The notes beneath the pieces were generated by a model. The model was not told where the DNA came from and searched no databases. It was given only the letters and a program-made list of their open reading frames with translations. From the NCBI GenBank assembly GCA_013239625.1, contig MU054212.1:3997922-4061921 (forward strand): 64,000 nt of DNA, written 5' to 3'. Both the position numbers and the translations under genes were made by a program. Every line of letters begins with the position of its first letter. Position 1 is the stretch's first letter. Positions 41,338-53,951 of this stretch are shown one piece after another. The DNA comes from Lama guanicoe (Eukaryota).

Positions 41338-43899
41338 ATGAGGGCAGATGAGTTTTTAAAAGACTGTGTGCAGATTAGAGAACCAATCTGAATGAGAACA
41401 AAATACAAGACACAAACTGCAAGTCAGTTTCTCTTACCCTGAGCTCTACGGCGGACAGGCTGACTTCAGAGCAGCTCTGTACTGACCACAGAGTTTGTGG
41501 GGCAAGAAACATCGGGGCAGGGACATGCTGGCGGGGAGAGAGGACCGTGGTGAGCAGGAGCACCGACGATGAAGGCTCTTGTGAGATTTTCATCCTCTAC
41601 GTGCCTGGCAAAAGCAAGTGCTGAATACACGATGAGTCCATGAAACCCCTGCCCCAAGGAAAGCAGATGCCTCAGATCAGAATGAGCAGAAAATTCTTCA
41701 GTTTGGTCAGCAGAGCCTAGAAAAGCCAACCTAAAATCTTAAAGGCATTCCCTCCGTGGTAGATGTTTTTTTCTCTTTTTTTGGTCTATTTTTAAAAATC
41801 ACAAAATCAACCCAGTTGCTTGTACGATGTACACCTTTAAGAAATTTCTTTGCTTTCCCTGGTAAGTCTTGCCATTCAGATTACACAGCATCTCTGATAA
41901 TCAATATAGCAAAATCTGACCATTATGCAAGTTAAAGTAAAAATATATTTGCTATTTTTATTTTCCCAAAGTTAAGGTTAAAAAATCTTCACTCTGACAG
42001 TAAAAAACGACCTGTGTGATCCTCCAAAATATTGCATTTGTTTTAAAGAATCGATATCATAATTAATATTTTTTTCCACCAGAAATGTAACTCTTTGTGC
42101 GGAATTTCAAAAAATAAAATACTTTGTATCCTTAGCCACCATTTTCCCAACTGCTGTTTTCATTTAAATATATTTGCTCTGACCACAGTTTTCTTCACTA
42201 AACATTTCTCCACCTTTGTCCTCTTTTGAGTCAAATCCCATAACTAATATAATTTCTTAGTTCTCTGTGATTGATGCTGTGTTTAAAAATCTGTATTTCT
42301 TCTGAGTCAGCTTACAATAGCTTAAAAACAAGCAAGCAAAAAAAAAAAACAAATAGGGAAGGGGGATATATGGGGAGGAAAGAACAAAGGGATACTCAGC
42401 TATCCACTCTTGACTTTTTTAAAGGTTTGATTAAATGCCTAATTTAAAAAATGGAAGCGGAGTGGCCTTCTCTTTGAACCAGCCATTGGGAGGTGCTCAT
42501 ACTTAAGAACAAACCCCTTCAAGCCTTTAGGGCTGCTCACAGTCTAGTTTTTATGTTTTGTACTACTGATCTTTAATTTCAGAACTTTTCTTTCACCTGA
42601 ACTTACCACTTGTTAAAAACTGTCAAGCGGACAGCTCTGGAAACTGAAGTCGTCCAATTAGCCCCCAAAACAAATGTTTTTCTGGCATCTGTCACCCCAG
42701 AACAGCAGACAAACCCACTAGGTTAAAAGAAAAACTTGTGTTTGAGAAAGAACAACTTCTTAGCCACCTTAACTTCCGAGAGAGATACAGTTGATATTAA
42801 TTGCTGTAGAGCAGTGGTCTTCAGGAAGCTCTCCCTGGGGCTAGATCTACTTTTGTAAAACAGAAGGGTGTGTTTGCATCCTGAATATGCCTCCAGGGTA
42901 GAGTCCTCTTGGCCACAGTTTCCCAGCCGTGTATCACGGCCACCATTCAGACTGTCCATTATCCATTTTGTTTCTGCCATTAATGCTTTTTAGTTGCCGT
43001 AACAGACCCAAACCAAACGGGCTACCTGACACTGCGTTGGGCACAAAAATGAACATGCATGGGACAAAGAAGACTGAAAACAAGTCACGCCACCAGAAAA
43101 CCGTGGAAGGTTTCCGTTGCCTCTGAGGCGCTCTTTGAAGGCGAGTAAAGGGTTTCAGGCTGGGTATTTGTAACAGAAATTCTGGTTAAGGTGTCAGTAC
43201 CAGTACTAAAACTTTAGGATGCCGTGCTGAATTACTTAACTGATTTAACAACAGCTTTGGTAATTTCCTATCAAGTGATCAAGTTCCAAGTGACAATCAA
43301 CATGGACACTAAACATTATTTTTTAAAAATTTCCGTATTGAAGGAAACCAAGGCATATAATATAAAAATTGTACAACTGGTAAGATAGAGAGCTAATTAA
43401 AAAAAACCCACTACTACTAGGAGATAATTTTTGGCGAACAGGAGTGCATTTCTTACTTTCATACCTTTGGCACCTAACATAGTAACTCTGAAGCTCAGGC
43501 TTTTTATTTGTTTGTTTTAGTTTTTGTTTTTTAGCCTGCACCTCATAATGTAGATCATGACACCTACTGGCAGCATAGGGTTTTGCACCCTAGTTCCACA
43601 AGACACTGAAGCCCCTTGTTACTTCAGATAAAAGTATTTCAAATCTATAAGTCATCATTAAATTTTATTGGAAAAATTCTATCTTGGAGCATGACTATCA
43701 GTTTGAATAGGCTCAATTATGCTGTGCTAACAAACAGTACCCCCCCCCAAACTCAGTGGCTTGAATTAATGGAAGATTTAATTCTTGCAGATTATTAATG
43801 ATAAAAAGTACAGAGTGAAGACTTAAAGTCAGTTCCACCTCTAGCTCCACAGTTAATTGCTAGCCTGCTGTCCCAGGGAAAGTCACCAAAGATTTGAGA

Positions 43900-45000
43900 A
43901 ATTTTTTTCTGTCTATTGATCAGGGTTTTTCTGATTTGCATCAGTTCAACACTAATTGTACAGCTTTATAATTTATTAATTATTTAAGAAGACTTATCTC
44001 TTCCTCTTTATTTTTTTAACTAGTTATTCTCACCCGATTGTTTTTCCAGAAAACTTCAGTATTATTTTGTTAAATTACTCCAAATTCATATTTGATTTTT
44101 ATTTGAATGGCATTAAGCTACCAATTAATTTGGCAATAGTTTTATCTGTAAAATAGTCTTCCCAGAAGAATCCTTTTTATCTCTTAAAAAATTATTTGTA
44201 ATGTTCTTCTTATGTTAAATGTGCTTTTATTGAAATAGATCCTTGAGATTTTCTATTTTTGTTGCAAGTGTGTGAAATTTCCTTATATATTTTTATATCC
44301 ACATTTACTGTTAACCTGCATATGGGCATGCTATTGTTTGTATTTTTCTCTTATAATAAATGAAATAATTGTATACATTTTCCATAGGATGTCATTTTAT
44401 ATTTTCTTTCAATGAATCATTTTTTATGTCTTTTATTTATCTCAGCTCTGTGTCATATCTTCTAGTATTGACCAAAGCCTTTTAATAATGATTTAGACAT
44501 TATTATTGTTTTTTCTAACATTTAATATTAGTCTTCCTTGGGTTCAACTGTTAGAAATTATGATAGTGACTATTTTTTAATCATGTTGATGGCATATTGT
44601 GTCTGTGGGTGTTTTCAATAGTTGTGTCTATTGAATTTTTTCAATGCCATGCTCAGAAATTATGATTATGTTTTTCTTAATTGACCTAATACTTTAATGA
44701 TTTATAATAATAAATTGTGTAACATTAATTCTTTTTGCATTCCTATTTTGCAAGTTCTATTTCTAAGATTTTATTTGTGATTTTAAAAGTTCATATTCAT
44801 TTGGAGGTATGTTGACTTTTTTTTTTATATTGCACCCTTGGCAAAATTTGGCATTTCACTTATTTCTAAAGGTACTGTTATATGCTATTTATTACATGTT
44901 TTACATAGTATATGCTAATAATGTTACTAGATATTTGCTTTTATTCTATTGTTTAAATGTATTTGGATCAATTTATTTTTTATTTTCTATTAATTTTGTT
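43900..45000 (-). mobile_element. Degenerate old L1 (ORF2 region), T-rich on + strand
   Basis: tttgatttttatttgaatggcattaagctaccaattaatttgg and similar L1M antisense motifs; strong T skew. Confidence 0.5.
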
Positions 45001-45020
45001 AACTCAGTTCTTCTTTTAAA

Positions 45021-45116
45021 GTTAAAACAAGTTTTTTTAAATGGAGGTACTGGAGATTGAACCCAGGACCTCCTGCAGGCTAAGCATGTAGTCTGTCACT
45101 GAGCTATATTGACTCC
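45021..45116 (-). mobile_element. Camelid-type tRNA-derived SINE
   Basis: atggaggtactggagattgaacccaggacctcctgcaggctaagcatg...cactgagctata; possible TSD cttttaaa at 45013-45020 and 45117-45124. Confidence 0.85.
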
Positions 45117-45482
45117 CTTTTAAATTGATCTTGTTCTCTTTTTCTAAAATTTAGTTTGCTTTCTTAACAACATGTAGAAAAATATTTATGAGTTCACTTT
45201 TGCACGCCAGCTTGAACATTTTTTATATATTACTTGTTTTTTTAAAAAAATTTCTTCGTTTCAGTAGCTATTTAGAAAGGAGTGTTTTCATTTCTAAGTG
45301 GTTGAACCTTGTTTTCATGAACAAAAAAAAAGGTGTATTTTCACCACTGTTGTCAGTTACTGTGGTGCATAATTTTGGTTTCTTTGGATTACTGACTGCT
45401 CTTGGTCCAGGATGAATTGCCAGACATGCTTCTTGCCCATTTCACATGAGGTAGGTTACAGGTTAACGTCAGTTCACAGCAC

Positions 45483-46246
45483 TGAAACGTTGGGACGCTG
45501 CCCTACTTGATGGCTAACAAGTTAGCTTCTGTCATTTCATGAATGCTCGGAGAAGACATGCAATTCCTGTGTCTGAGAGGAAGGATTTTATTACTCACAG
45601 CAACAGCGGTAGCTATAATGTCCTCTCTGGGTCAGGGAGGTCCTGGCTGATTGTACCTCTTGGCCTCCACAGCGCTTTTCTCCGAGATGCTGGACTTGGT
45701 TTCTGCTGGGAAGCCACAGTGCAAGCTTGAGGACTGAGCGCTGTACCAAGCAGAAAACATACCTTTCAAGGACAGAGCTTGTCTGCTTTCTAATGAGGAA
45801 GTTAGTAACAAACATTTTTCAAAGAGGAGGTGGGCCTTTAAAAAGGTGTTGTGAATCTAATAAAAGGGAAAATGTTGCTTTAAAAAAAAAAATTCCCAGG
45901 AGCCGGGATTTCCACAGGATGAGCTGAAGAGGGTCAAATGACCCCACCCCCACCCCACCCCTCAACACACATGGTAGATATTTACAGGGCAGGAATCCTG
46001 AATTTAGGGAACTTGATTCTTTTATAAAAGGCAGTCAGCATGCCTCTCCTTTGTTCTCTATCTCCTAAGACTCTAACATGCCAGCTCTTTGCTCCAGAGG
46101 GAGACATTATCTCTCTCTTCCAAGGTTATTTTCTATAAAAGCATCCTTGGAAAGACAGGAAAGACAGACAGAACAAAGGCATCCAGGGCCTCTGCTTAAA
46201 AGATGTGCAGAAATACAAGACTTCCCTGGAGAATTATCTTCCAACA
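45483..46246 (-). mobile_element. ERVL-class solo LTR (MER7x-like; subfamily not resolved)
   Basis: Minus strand begins tgttggaagataattctcc...tgcacatc...gtctccctctggagcaaag; AATAAA on the minus strand near 45586 in gtgagtaataaaatcc context. Left boundary approximate. Confidence 0.65.
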
Positions 46247-46353
46247 GGAGAGTAGAGGGTAAATGTTTGTGTATATACCGCATCTGCCTTGTTCAGATTT
46301 CTTGTAATTATTTTATAAGTTAGACATGGATATAAAAGTAGAGATATTTGTTA

Positions 46354-46420
46354 TATCTATCTACCTACCTACCTACCTGTCTGTCTGTCTGTCTATCTGT
46401 CTGTCTGTTTATCTATCTGT
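46354..46420. repeat. Compound tetranucleotide STR (CTAT/CTAC/CTGT)
   Basis: tatctatctacctacctacctacctgtctgtctgtctgtctatctgtctgtctg. Confidence 0.92.
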
Positions 46421-47583
46421 TTTGATGTTTAATAGGATAGATAGATGGATAAGGTTATGTGTTTAGAATATCATTTCTTAAATTTTTAATAATTTTCTTT
46501 GGTGCATTTTAAGCTATTAAGCTTCAAGTACTCAGTATATTCATTTCTTTTGCTGTTTGTCAGTACAGAACAACCCTTTTAAGTCCCATTTGTGTAAGTT
46601 ACCGCATCTGCTGTCATTATTTGAATTATTATTTAGATCTCTCTTAAAAGTAATAAGTCACTGAATTATTCCTTATTCGATAGGATACATTTTGCCTTTC
46701 AACAGGGAAGTTTATACTATATTCATTAATTTTGTTGGTCTGACTTAGATAATTTCGTCGTCTGGTTTTTGTTTGCTTACCATTTGGCCTCTGTTCTGCA
46801 GGCTATTTTGCTTATTTTATATTCAAAGTGCTTTAGAAAGCAGACTTCCTGTGTTTAATTCTGTTAGTGGTTATCTCATAATGATTAGCATATATTCATA
46901 ACTATTTGTTTATCAATCAAAATAGCAACAAAGAAGCTCTTGCTAATTGTGTTTCCTTTATCCATTTCTTTCCCCTTCCCAGTCTTCAGTAATTAACCTG
47001 GTTATGTAAACTCTGTCATCAAGATATCTATACAGACTCCTCTTTTCAAGAAACTGGAATTTTTAAGCGGTTGCATTTTATTACCCCAGTCATGCCAATT
47101 ATTTTGAATTTTCAGCATTAGCTTTATTCTCTATAGTCGTATTTTGCAACAGCTGCTGGAATACTGCCATCGCAGGTCAAAGGCCAAGAGAAATAGTCCT
47201 AAACTCTCCAGTTTCTTTGTGCTTTGGAGCCAAGGTGGAAGTGAACCAGAATTCCAGGGGGTCTAGGCAGGCGGCTCAAGGGAATGAAGCTGACCCCTTT
47301 GCAAGCAGTGGGCAGAATGATGAGGAAGAAAGGGAAGCTGAGAGTTCCCCTCTGCAGATGCCAGAATTCATGACTCACGTCCCGGAGCCCAAGGAGTGAG
47401 CTTCTCTTTTTCTCTTATCCAAAGCGTCTACGGGGACTGGTGTCCTCATCCATTCCCCGTGCCTCTCTTTCCACCTCTCTGTTCCTTGCTTACCTCCCCA
47501 GGATCATCTCATTCATTACAGACCTTAAACTCCACAGTCTCATAGGTGTACTTTTTAAAGTAACCCAAGCGCGTGGGACTGCT

Positions 47584-47929
47584 TGTCTTCGTCCGCTCAG
47601 GCTGCCACAGCAAAACATCACAGACTGGGCGGCTTAAACAACAGAAATCTATTTCCTGCTGGTTCTAGAGGCTGGAAGGGATAAGGGTGCCAGCATGGTC
47701 GGGTTCTGGAGAGAGCTTTCTTCCCGGTTGCGGGTGGTTTTCTTGATGGGTGCTCTTGGAGAAAGAGAGACATCTTTCTCTTCTTTTTAGAAGGCCACCA
47801 GCCCTACTGGGTTAGGACCCCACCCCTAAGACTTTATTTAACCTTAGTTATTTCCCAAAAGTCCTTTCTCCAAATACAGTCATTTGGGGGCTGGAGCTTC
47901 GACATATGAACTTAAGAGGACACACATAA
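47584..47929 (-). mobile_element. MLT1A/B (MaLR) solo LTR
   Basis: tgtcttcgtccgctcaggctgccacagcaaaacatcacagactgggcggcttaaacaacagaaat...ctccaaatacagtca...catatgaa...taaca; TG...CA ends. Confidence 0.85.
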
Positions 47930-47999
47930 CAGTGCTGTTACCCTCGAGACCTTCATTTATACTATAATTGGGGCTTAAAAGCCCTTCCCACTTACTCTT

Positions 48000-48255
48000 A
48001 GGTGACCAAGCTGCCATCATCTTTCAAGACTAGTTTGGGGTCACCGCCTCCAGGAAGCCCGACTGAATCCATGGGTGGGGCTACAAGCTCTTGTGCTGTG
48101 TGGTCCTTTCCTGTGGACAGCTCTGCTTTGATTGTTAGCGTTGGACTAGCCTCTGTTTACCATAAGCTCTTCAAGACCAGGGCTGATTCCTTATTTACCT
48201 TGGGACTCTGAGTGCCTTGGGCAGTGTCTAGCTCAGTGCAAGCCTGTAATCAGTG
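48000..48255 (+). mobile_element. L2 3'-end remnant
   Basis: tcaccgcctccaggaagcc...ccataagctcttcaagaccaggg...gcagtgtctagctcagt. Confidence 0.5.
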
Positions 48256-51200
48256 TTGCAGAAAATTAAAACACAGATACTAGACCATGTGTGTCAAAGG
48301 AGGCACGTGAAAATCTTAGGAGAGACTAGAGGAGGAACGGTTGGCCAGGCGGGAAGGAGTGGTACCCTGTGGGAGCAGGACCTGAACCCTGGGTGCCTGA
48401 GTGCTGGGTTTCATAGCCTGACCACCAAGACTTCCTGGGTGCTGGTAGGGGAGCCACAAATTTGCCACCCATCGATGCCATCCCAAGCCCCTTTCAGAAA
48501 TAAACATTTTGTGAACTAGTGAAAATTTGCCACAAAGGGTACTAAATCTATGGTCTAGTATCTGGGGAACATCTGCTGCATAGCTAAATCGCCCGGAGGA
48601 CATACACTTCATAAAGTGGTAGAAATTAGTATAGCAAAACCGTCAGGGGTCTTTAGGGAATAATATTAATCTCCCCATGTGGTCTTTTTTTTTTTCATAA
48701 AATCTCTTTGCAGTAAAGAAGACCTCATGGTGATAAGCATGTCCTGTGTAGATTAAATGGGGATCAGTGACCCTTAAATTTAGCTGGAAAATAATAATAC
48801 AGTTTTAACTTGTCTGATCAAAAAGATTTGATGTGCCTTTTAAGAATATAAAGATGGAAAGTGATCAGCAGCCTAATTATTTCCACCATTGTTTTGCATG
48901 CTATACTTTTGCATTTCAGAAAAAGGGAAAGTTTGGGGGTCAAATCTTTTAGCCAGAGCCTTTCCTTTCTCTTGGAAACATACTGTATCCAGCTATGTTC
49001 TCTTTTCTGTTTTAAAAATAATACTAGACCTTTGATCTACAGATTTTTCACAAGATGCTCAACATTTGGGGTGAAAGGAAATATTCTTACATTCACTTAA
49101 CAGAACTGCTCTTTTGGTTGGTTGGCATAGATTTATTTTTGAAGCTTGAAGTGCTAATTTCCCAATTACAAGCTCTGGTAATTGCCACATTAGCACCATC
49201 TTCCCTTCCTTCTCTGGATGCTCTTCTGGCACTTGGCTTCTGCCACATCCTCCCGGGGAACCCTGACCCTCACCTGCTGGATTGAGACCCAGACCACCTT
49301 CACCGGCAGCCTGAACCCTTCCAAAGCCCCTAACACTCTCCTCCTTGGATTCCAGCTCCGTTCCTGAGCAACGTGGACTAAAAACAGCAGCAGATTCTGA
49401 ATAAAGGTTTTATCTGGGCAAGGTTTAGCGTCTTTTTTATTTTACTGAAGACTTAAATCGTTTTAATATAAAATACCATAATCTCTTTAAAGTAGACTTC
49501 AGTGCTTTTATATTTCAGTTTGCTGTCGTAAATATCTCATCTTGATTTTTTTTAAGCTGATTACCTAAAGAAAAATATCTGTAAGAAAGGGAGAGATATA
49601 TTTGTTCACATTATAGAGAAATTAAAAAAAATCAATTATCAGTCTATGCTTTGTTAAAGAAACCTGTATATAAAGTATAAGTTATAATTAACATCATTTA
49701 AAGAGTTCTTCTATAGCTGGCAACTCTCCTGAATGTGTTGATTGCTACTTTCAAGTCTAAGTAGATTCTTTGGCTTTAAGACTTCTTTCTTGGAACTGAA
49801 ATGCTAAATAAATGTAAAGGCCTTTGGGTCAGAAGGCTGCTCTCAGCTCAGGCAGCAATTTAAGCTAGACAATGAATTGGGTTTTGTTGACACAGGAAGA
49901 GTTGTTATTGTGGTTTTGATTTTGCAAATAAAAAAACACCAACTTCTCCTAAAGGTTTTGTCATTATATTAGTTACATGATGCTACATACTTAGAATACA
50001 TCTGAGAAATGATTTTAATCATTCCTAAATAAAGGATTAAAAAAAGATTCAGGTACAGCCTCGTATTCTTTTCTGAAGTGCTATAGTAATGACAAAAGTC
50101 TAGAGTATTTAGAAATATTTCAAACTATGAATGGATGTCCTGGAAAAATTGCCTTCATCGACAACTGAGTTAATTATAGTAGTCCCGTTAGTCAAAGCCC
50201 TATTATTTGGCTGTAAAAAATCACTGTAGGTTAAAAAATGGACTTACATTAACTTCTCTATAGGTGCAGTATTTTAAATAGTTTAAAGAAGGCGGCTTGA
50301 TTCTTTTCAAAATCCGCTGAATACAAATACTCTAAAACATATCGACACTCACAACAGTAGTCTGTGACATGAAATCTGAGTTGGTGTCTGGAGTTATTTT
50401 AGGTATCGTGATATATTTATTTCAGATTTTTAAAGCCACTTTGTAAGAATGAGCATGACCACAGTAGAAATTCATTAGGTATACACGTTTGCATGTGCAT
50501 TTTGTAAATTATATTTATGAGAGTGCAAATCTATGTCTTTAGTGTTTCACGCAGCTCTCCGGGAGACCAGAATGTGGCTATCACGGAGTCCTTCGATTTT
50601 AACAGAGATCCTTTCTCTATAACTAATTCAACGCATGGCTATATGGGTAATTTTGAACAAGTGGATCTTTCTCCAACCTGAAAGGCTGCCAGGAGGGAGA
50701 GTGAGTGAGAAAAAGAGGGTTTCAAAGGAGTCACTGAGAACCACAAAGTGACCACGAAGCACCACTGCATTGCCACAATCTCCTTACAGAAGTGCATTGA
50801 GAGGGGGTGCTATAGAACAGAGGAGAACGTGTCGTTACAATAAAATACCCTGTAATACCTGGGACCACAGTTGGAAGTGATTTTGTCATCAACCAGAGTG
50901 CCCCAAATTGTAGAATCTTTGACCGTGTCTCCTGAGAGGAATTTTTAAAGAACTATTCTAGCTCCCCCCCAATATTTTACAGAATTTCACGTCGCAGTGA
51001 AAGACGAAATACCGAAGACTAGAAATGTAAAGTAGGACCTGCCATTGGAGCCTTTATATATATGACATCTAATGGGGAAAAAAAACACCCTTTTAGGCAG
51101 AGATTACATTGTACAAGTGTATAAATTCTGGTTAGTTACTCTAATTTAGATAGGACTATTTTACTGAATACAAAATGTTGGAATAAATCATCACAGAGGG

Positions 51201-52808
51201 CTCGGTCTTCCAGGCCTGTGATATCCTGGCAAGTGGAATGCATTTTGGGTCATTTCATAGCGCTAGTCCCATAGTAAATGAGGAAAACTTGATTGTGCAA
51301 ATGTCAGTGGAAGTATTTTAATAGTACCAATAAAATGAAAAATCCCAGTGAATTAAAAACATCACTGAACACTTACTGTTGCTATTTGTTGTTGAACGTC
51401 AGCAGAAAGAAATTCAGGGCAAAAATAAAGGGAACATGGTAAGAACTAATTCTTGAGAATAAAGCAGAGACTCTTTTATAACAGGGCTTCAGGGCCACAG
51501 GAGTGACTTGTTTCTAAGTCTAGACCTTTACGCTGCTTAACTATTCCCTGCCAAAGACAAGGATTGATGCCAGATTCTAGAGTCAGGCTGAGCCCCCAAA
51601 TGGAGATTACATTTTTAATAAGAATCTTGTTATGATGTAAATTAGGTGGAATGTAAGTGATATGCTAGAAATAATGTTTAATACAAGAGTCAAAACCAGG
51701 GCAGGGATGACTTGGAATTCATTCCTTCATTTTCAAGCATTGTACATGTGCACAGAAATATGAATTTTAGAGTGAAGTCTTGTCTAAAAATTATGTTAAA
51801 AAGGGACCTATTGAAAGTACCCACGGAGGGAAATGATATGTTAAAAGGAATAGTATTTTATGTAGTTTAGTGGCAGAAGGATTTTAGTGTGAAGTGATTA
51901 GAATCAGGTAGTACACTTAGGAAATTATTACAGTGTCTCAAATTAAGGTGTGGTGTGCTAATATCTTGAAATTTTAATTAGTGTATTTCTCTGCACATCC
52001 TATACTTCATCTCCCTCTATTCAGAGGTATCATCGATTGTCTAAAGGAAAATGAGGATTTTTAAGACAAAGATGCAAAGAAACAATCAATGCTAAAGTTC
52101 TGAGATATAAAATAGATTCTGAGACTTTTTAAGGGCCAAAAGAATTTCAAGTGAAGGTCTTCGATGACAAGAATGGATAGTATTAGAGAAAATCCTGGTT
52201 TGTATAAAGAGCAGGGGTCCTATCAAAAATGGGAGGTTTAGAAGTCTATGGTTTTAACCAGGATTTTTTTTTCTTTCCACAGGAAGCACAGATTAAAAAA
52301 AAAAAACCCACAGCTTCCTGACTGGAGGAGAAAGAGCAGTTGAGATTAAAAAGCAGCAGGATAAGTTATGACTCAGGGGCCTGAGAATTGGGTACTCCCC
52401 ATGTCCTCCCGGAAAATCAGCCACTAATGAGGGAGGATGATGGAAACTCCACTGATGTTTGGGGGATTCCAGGGAAGAGATGCGCTGCCCACTTTTCAGA
52501 TAGAGTAGGAAGATCTCAAGCCTTTAGAGAAGCTCTGTGTTGAGCACACAATCCAAGCTGTTAAGATAGAATGGCTGGAGAAGAGCATGCAAGAACATTC
52601 CAAGCTCTGCGCAGCACACGAGCAGAGAGGAGCCGGCCAGGTGTGTCTAAGGAGGAAGCATCGTGGCCACAGATTTGGCCCAGGGGCACAGAAGGGCATT
52701 TCAGTTATGCATGCAGCGAGCTCAGTGCCACAAAACCAAAGGCCAGCAAGGATCACACATCTCTTCAAGAGGCCAAGGTGGATGGATTTGATGCTGATGG
52801 ATTTGGAC

Positions 52809-53005
52809 CGGTGCTTCTCAAAGGTGAGCATGCATCAGAATCCCCTGGAGGCCTGTCAGAATGCATATTCCTGGGCTCCTCATCCAGAGTTTCTGATACT
52901 GTAAGTCCATGTGGGACGCAGCCCAATGACTGGCATTTCTAACAAGTTCCTGGGTGGCACCGATGTTGCTGGTGGAGAATGTCACTTTGAAAAGTGCTAT
53001 TCTAG
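52809..53005 (+). mobile_element. MER5A hAT element
   Basis: cggtgcttctcaaa...gcatcagaatcccctggaggcctg...ccagagtttctgat...gcatttctaacaagttcc...cactttgaaaag. Confidence 0.8.
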
Positions 53006-53875
53006 ATCAAATGTCTTTCCCCCAAACTTAAAATGGTATGTACACACACATACACACATCCATGCTCAGCATTTAGATGGCCCCTGGAGAGAGGTGAAAG
53101 AGGAAGAGAAGGGGATGTATTCTGATAGCATGAGAAGTTACCCCAAAGAGAATGAGTTTACACCCCGAAGTACCAAGTAATCACTTATTTGTGGGAGCAA
53201 GCAAGCCTTGATTTCCAGATCAAATTTTCATCACCATCAGCAGAAATTGAGGCTTAGGTGCTAAGTTCATTTCAGTTGGGGAGAAATAAAGGACTTTACC
53301 ATTTGCACACCTAACTTTTGCTGCTGTGAAAATTAGAGCCCAGTCTCTGCTAGCACTGAGTACAAACTTTGTACTGAGATCTGAATACAAATTCAGGACT
53401 CCTGGAGAGGATTCCTTCAGAAAGGATGTTTAGGTCCTTTGTTAGAGTAAAGTGTCGTTAGACAACATTTTGCTTTTTAACCTACTCAGGGGTAAGACGT
53501 TTCCGTAGCCCCGGACCTCCATCCTGCTCCTCATCCCCTGAGTCTCCTTGGAGAATAGAGAAAATAGGAGCTATGTCTGAGCGGAGAGCCCTTCTGAGAG
53601 CTACGAGGAGGCAGAACATCTGTGTGCCCAGGAACACTGCTCCCACAGTCCCCATTCTCCATCTGGGCCCCTGCACGAGCAGACTTAGTTCCCCATTCAT
53701 GACCTGCTCCGGGTCCTCATGCACCCACACCAAATAACAATGTTCAGTCTCCAGTGGAGTGGGACCCTCTCCTTTCAAGGGTCCAGCGTGAAATGTAAGA
53801 GCCCTGCAGACGGTGATGGCACGTAGCTCAGCTGGTAGGGCTTGCCTCTTCAACTGCACACTGGTTTGGGTTACA

Positions 53876-53951
53876 GTTGGACTGCACACCTTTGCTTTTT
53901 GCATTTTCCCTTTGTTGGACTGCACACCTTTGCTTTTTGCATTTTCCCTTT
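53876..53951. repeat. Exact 38-bp tandem duplication
   Basis: gttggactgcacacctttgctttttgcattttcccttt at 53876-53913 and 53914-53951. Confidence 0.97.
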
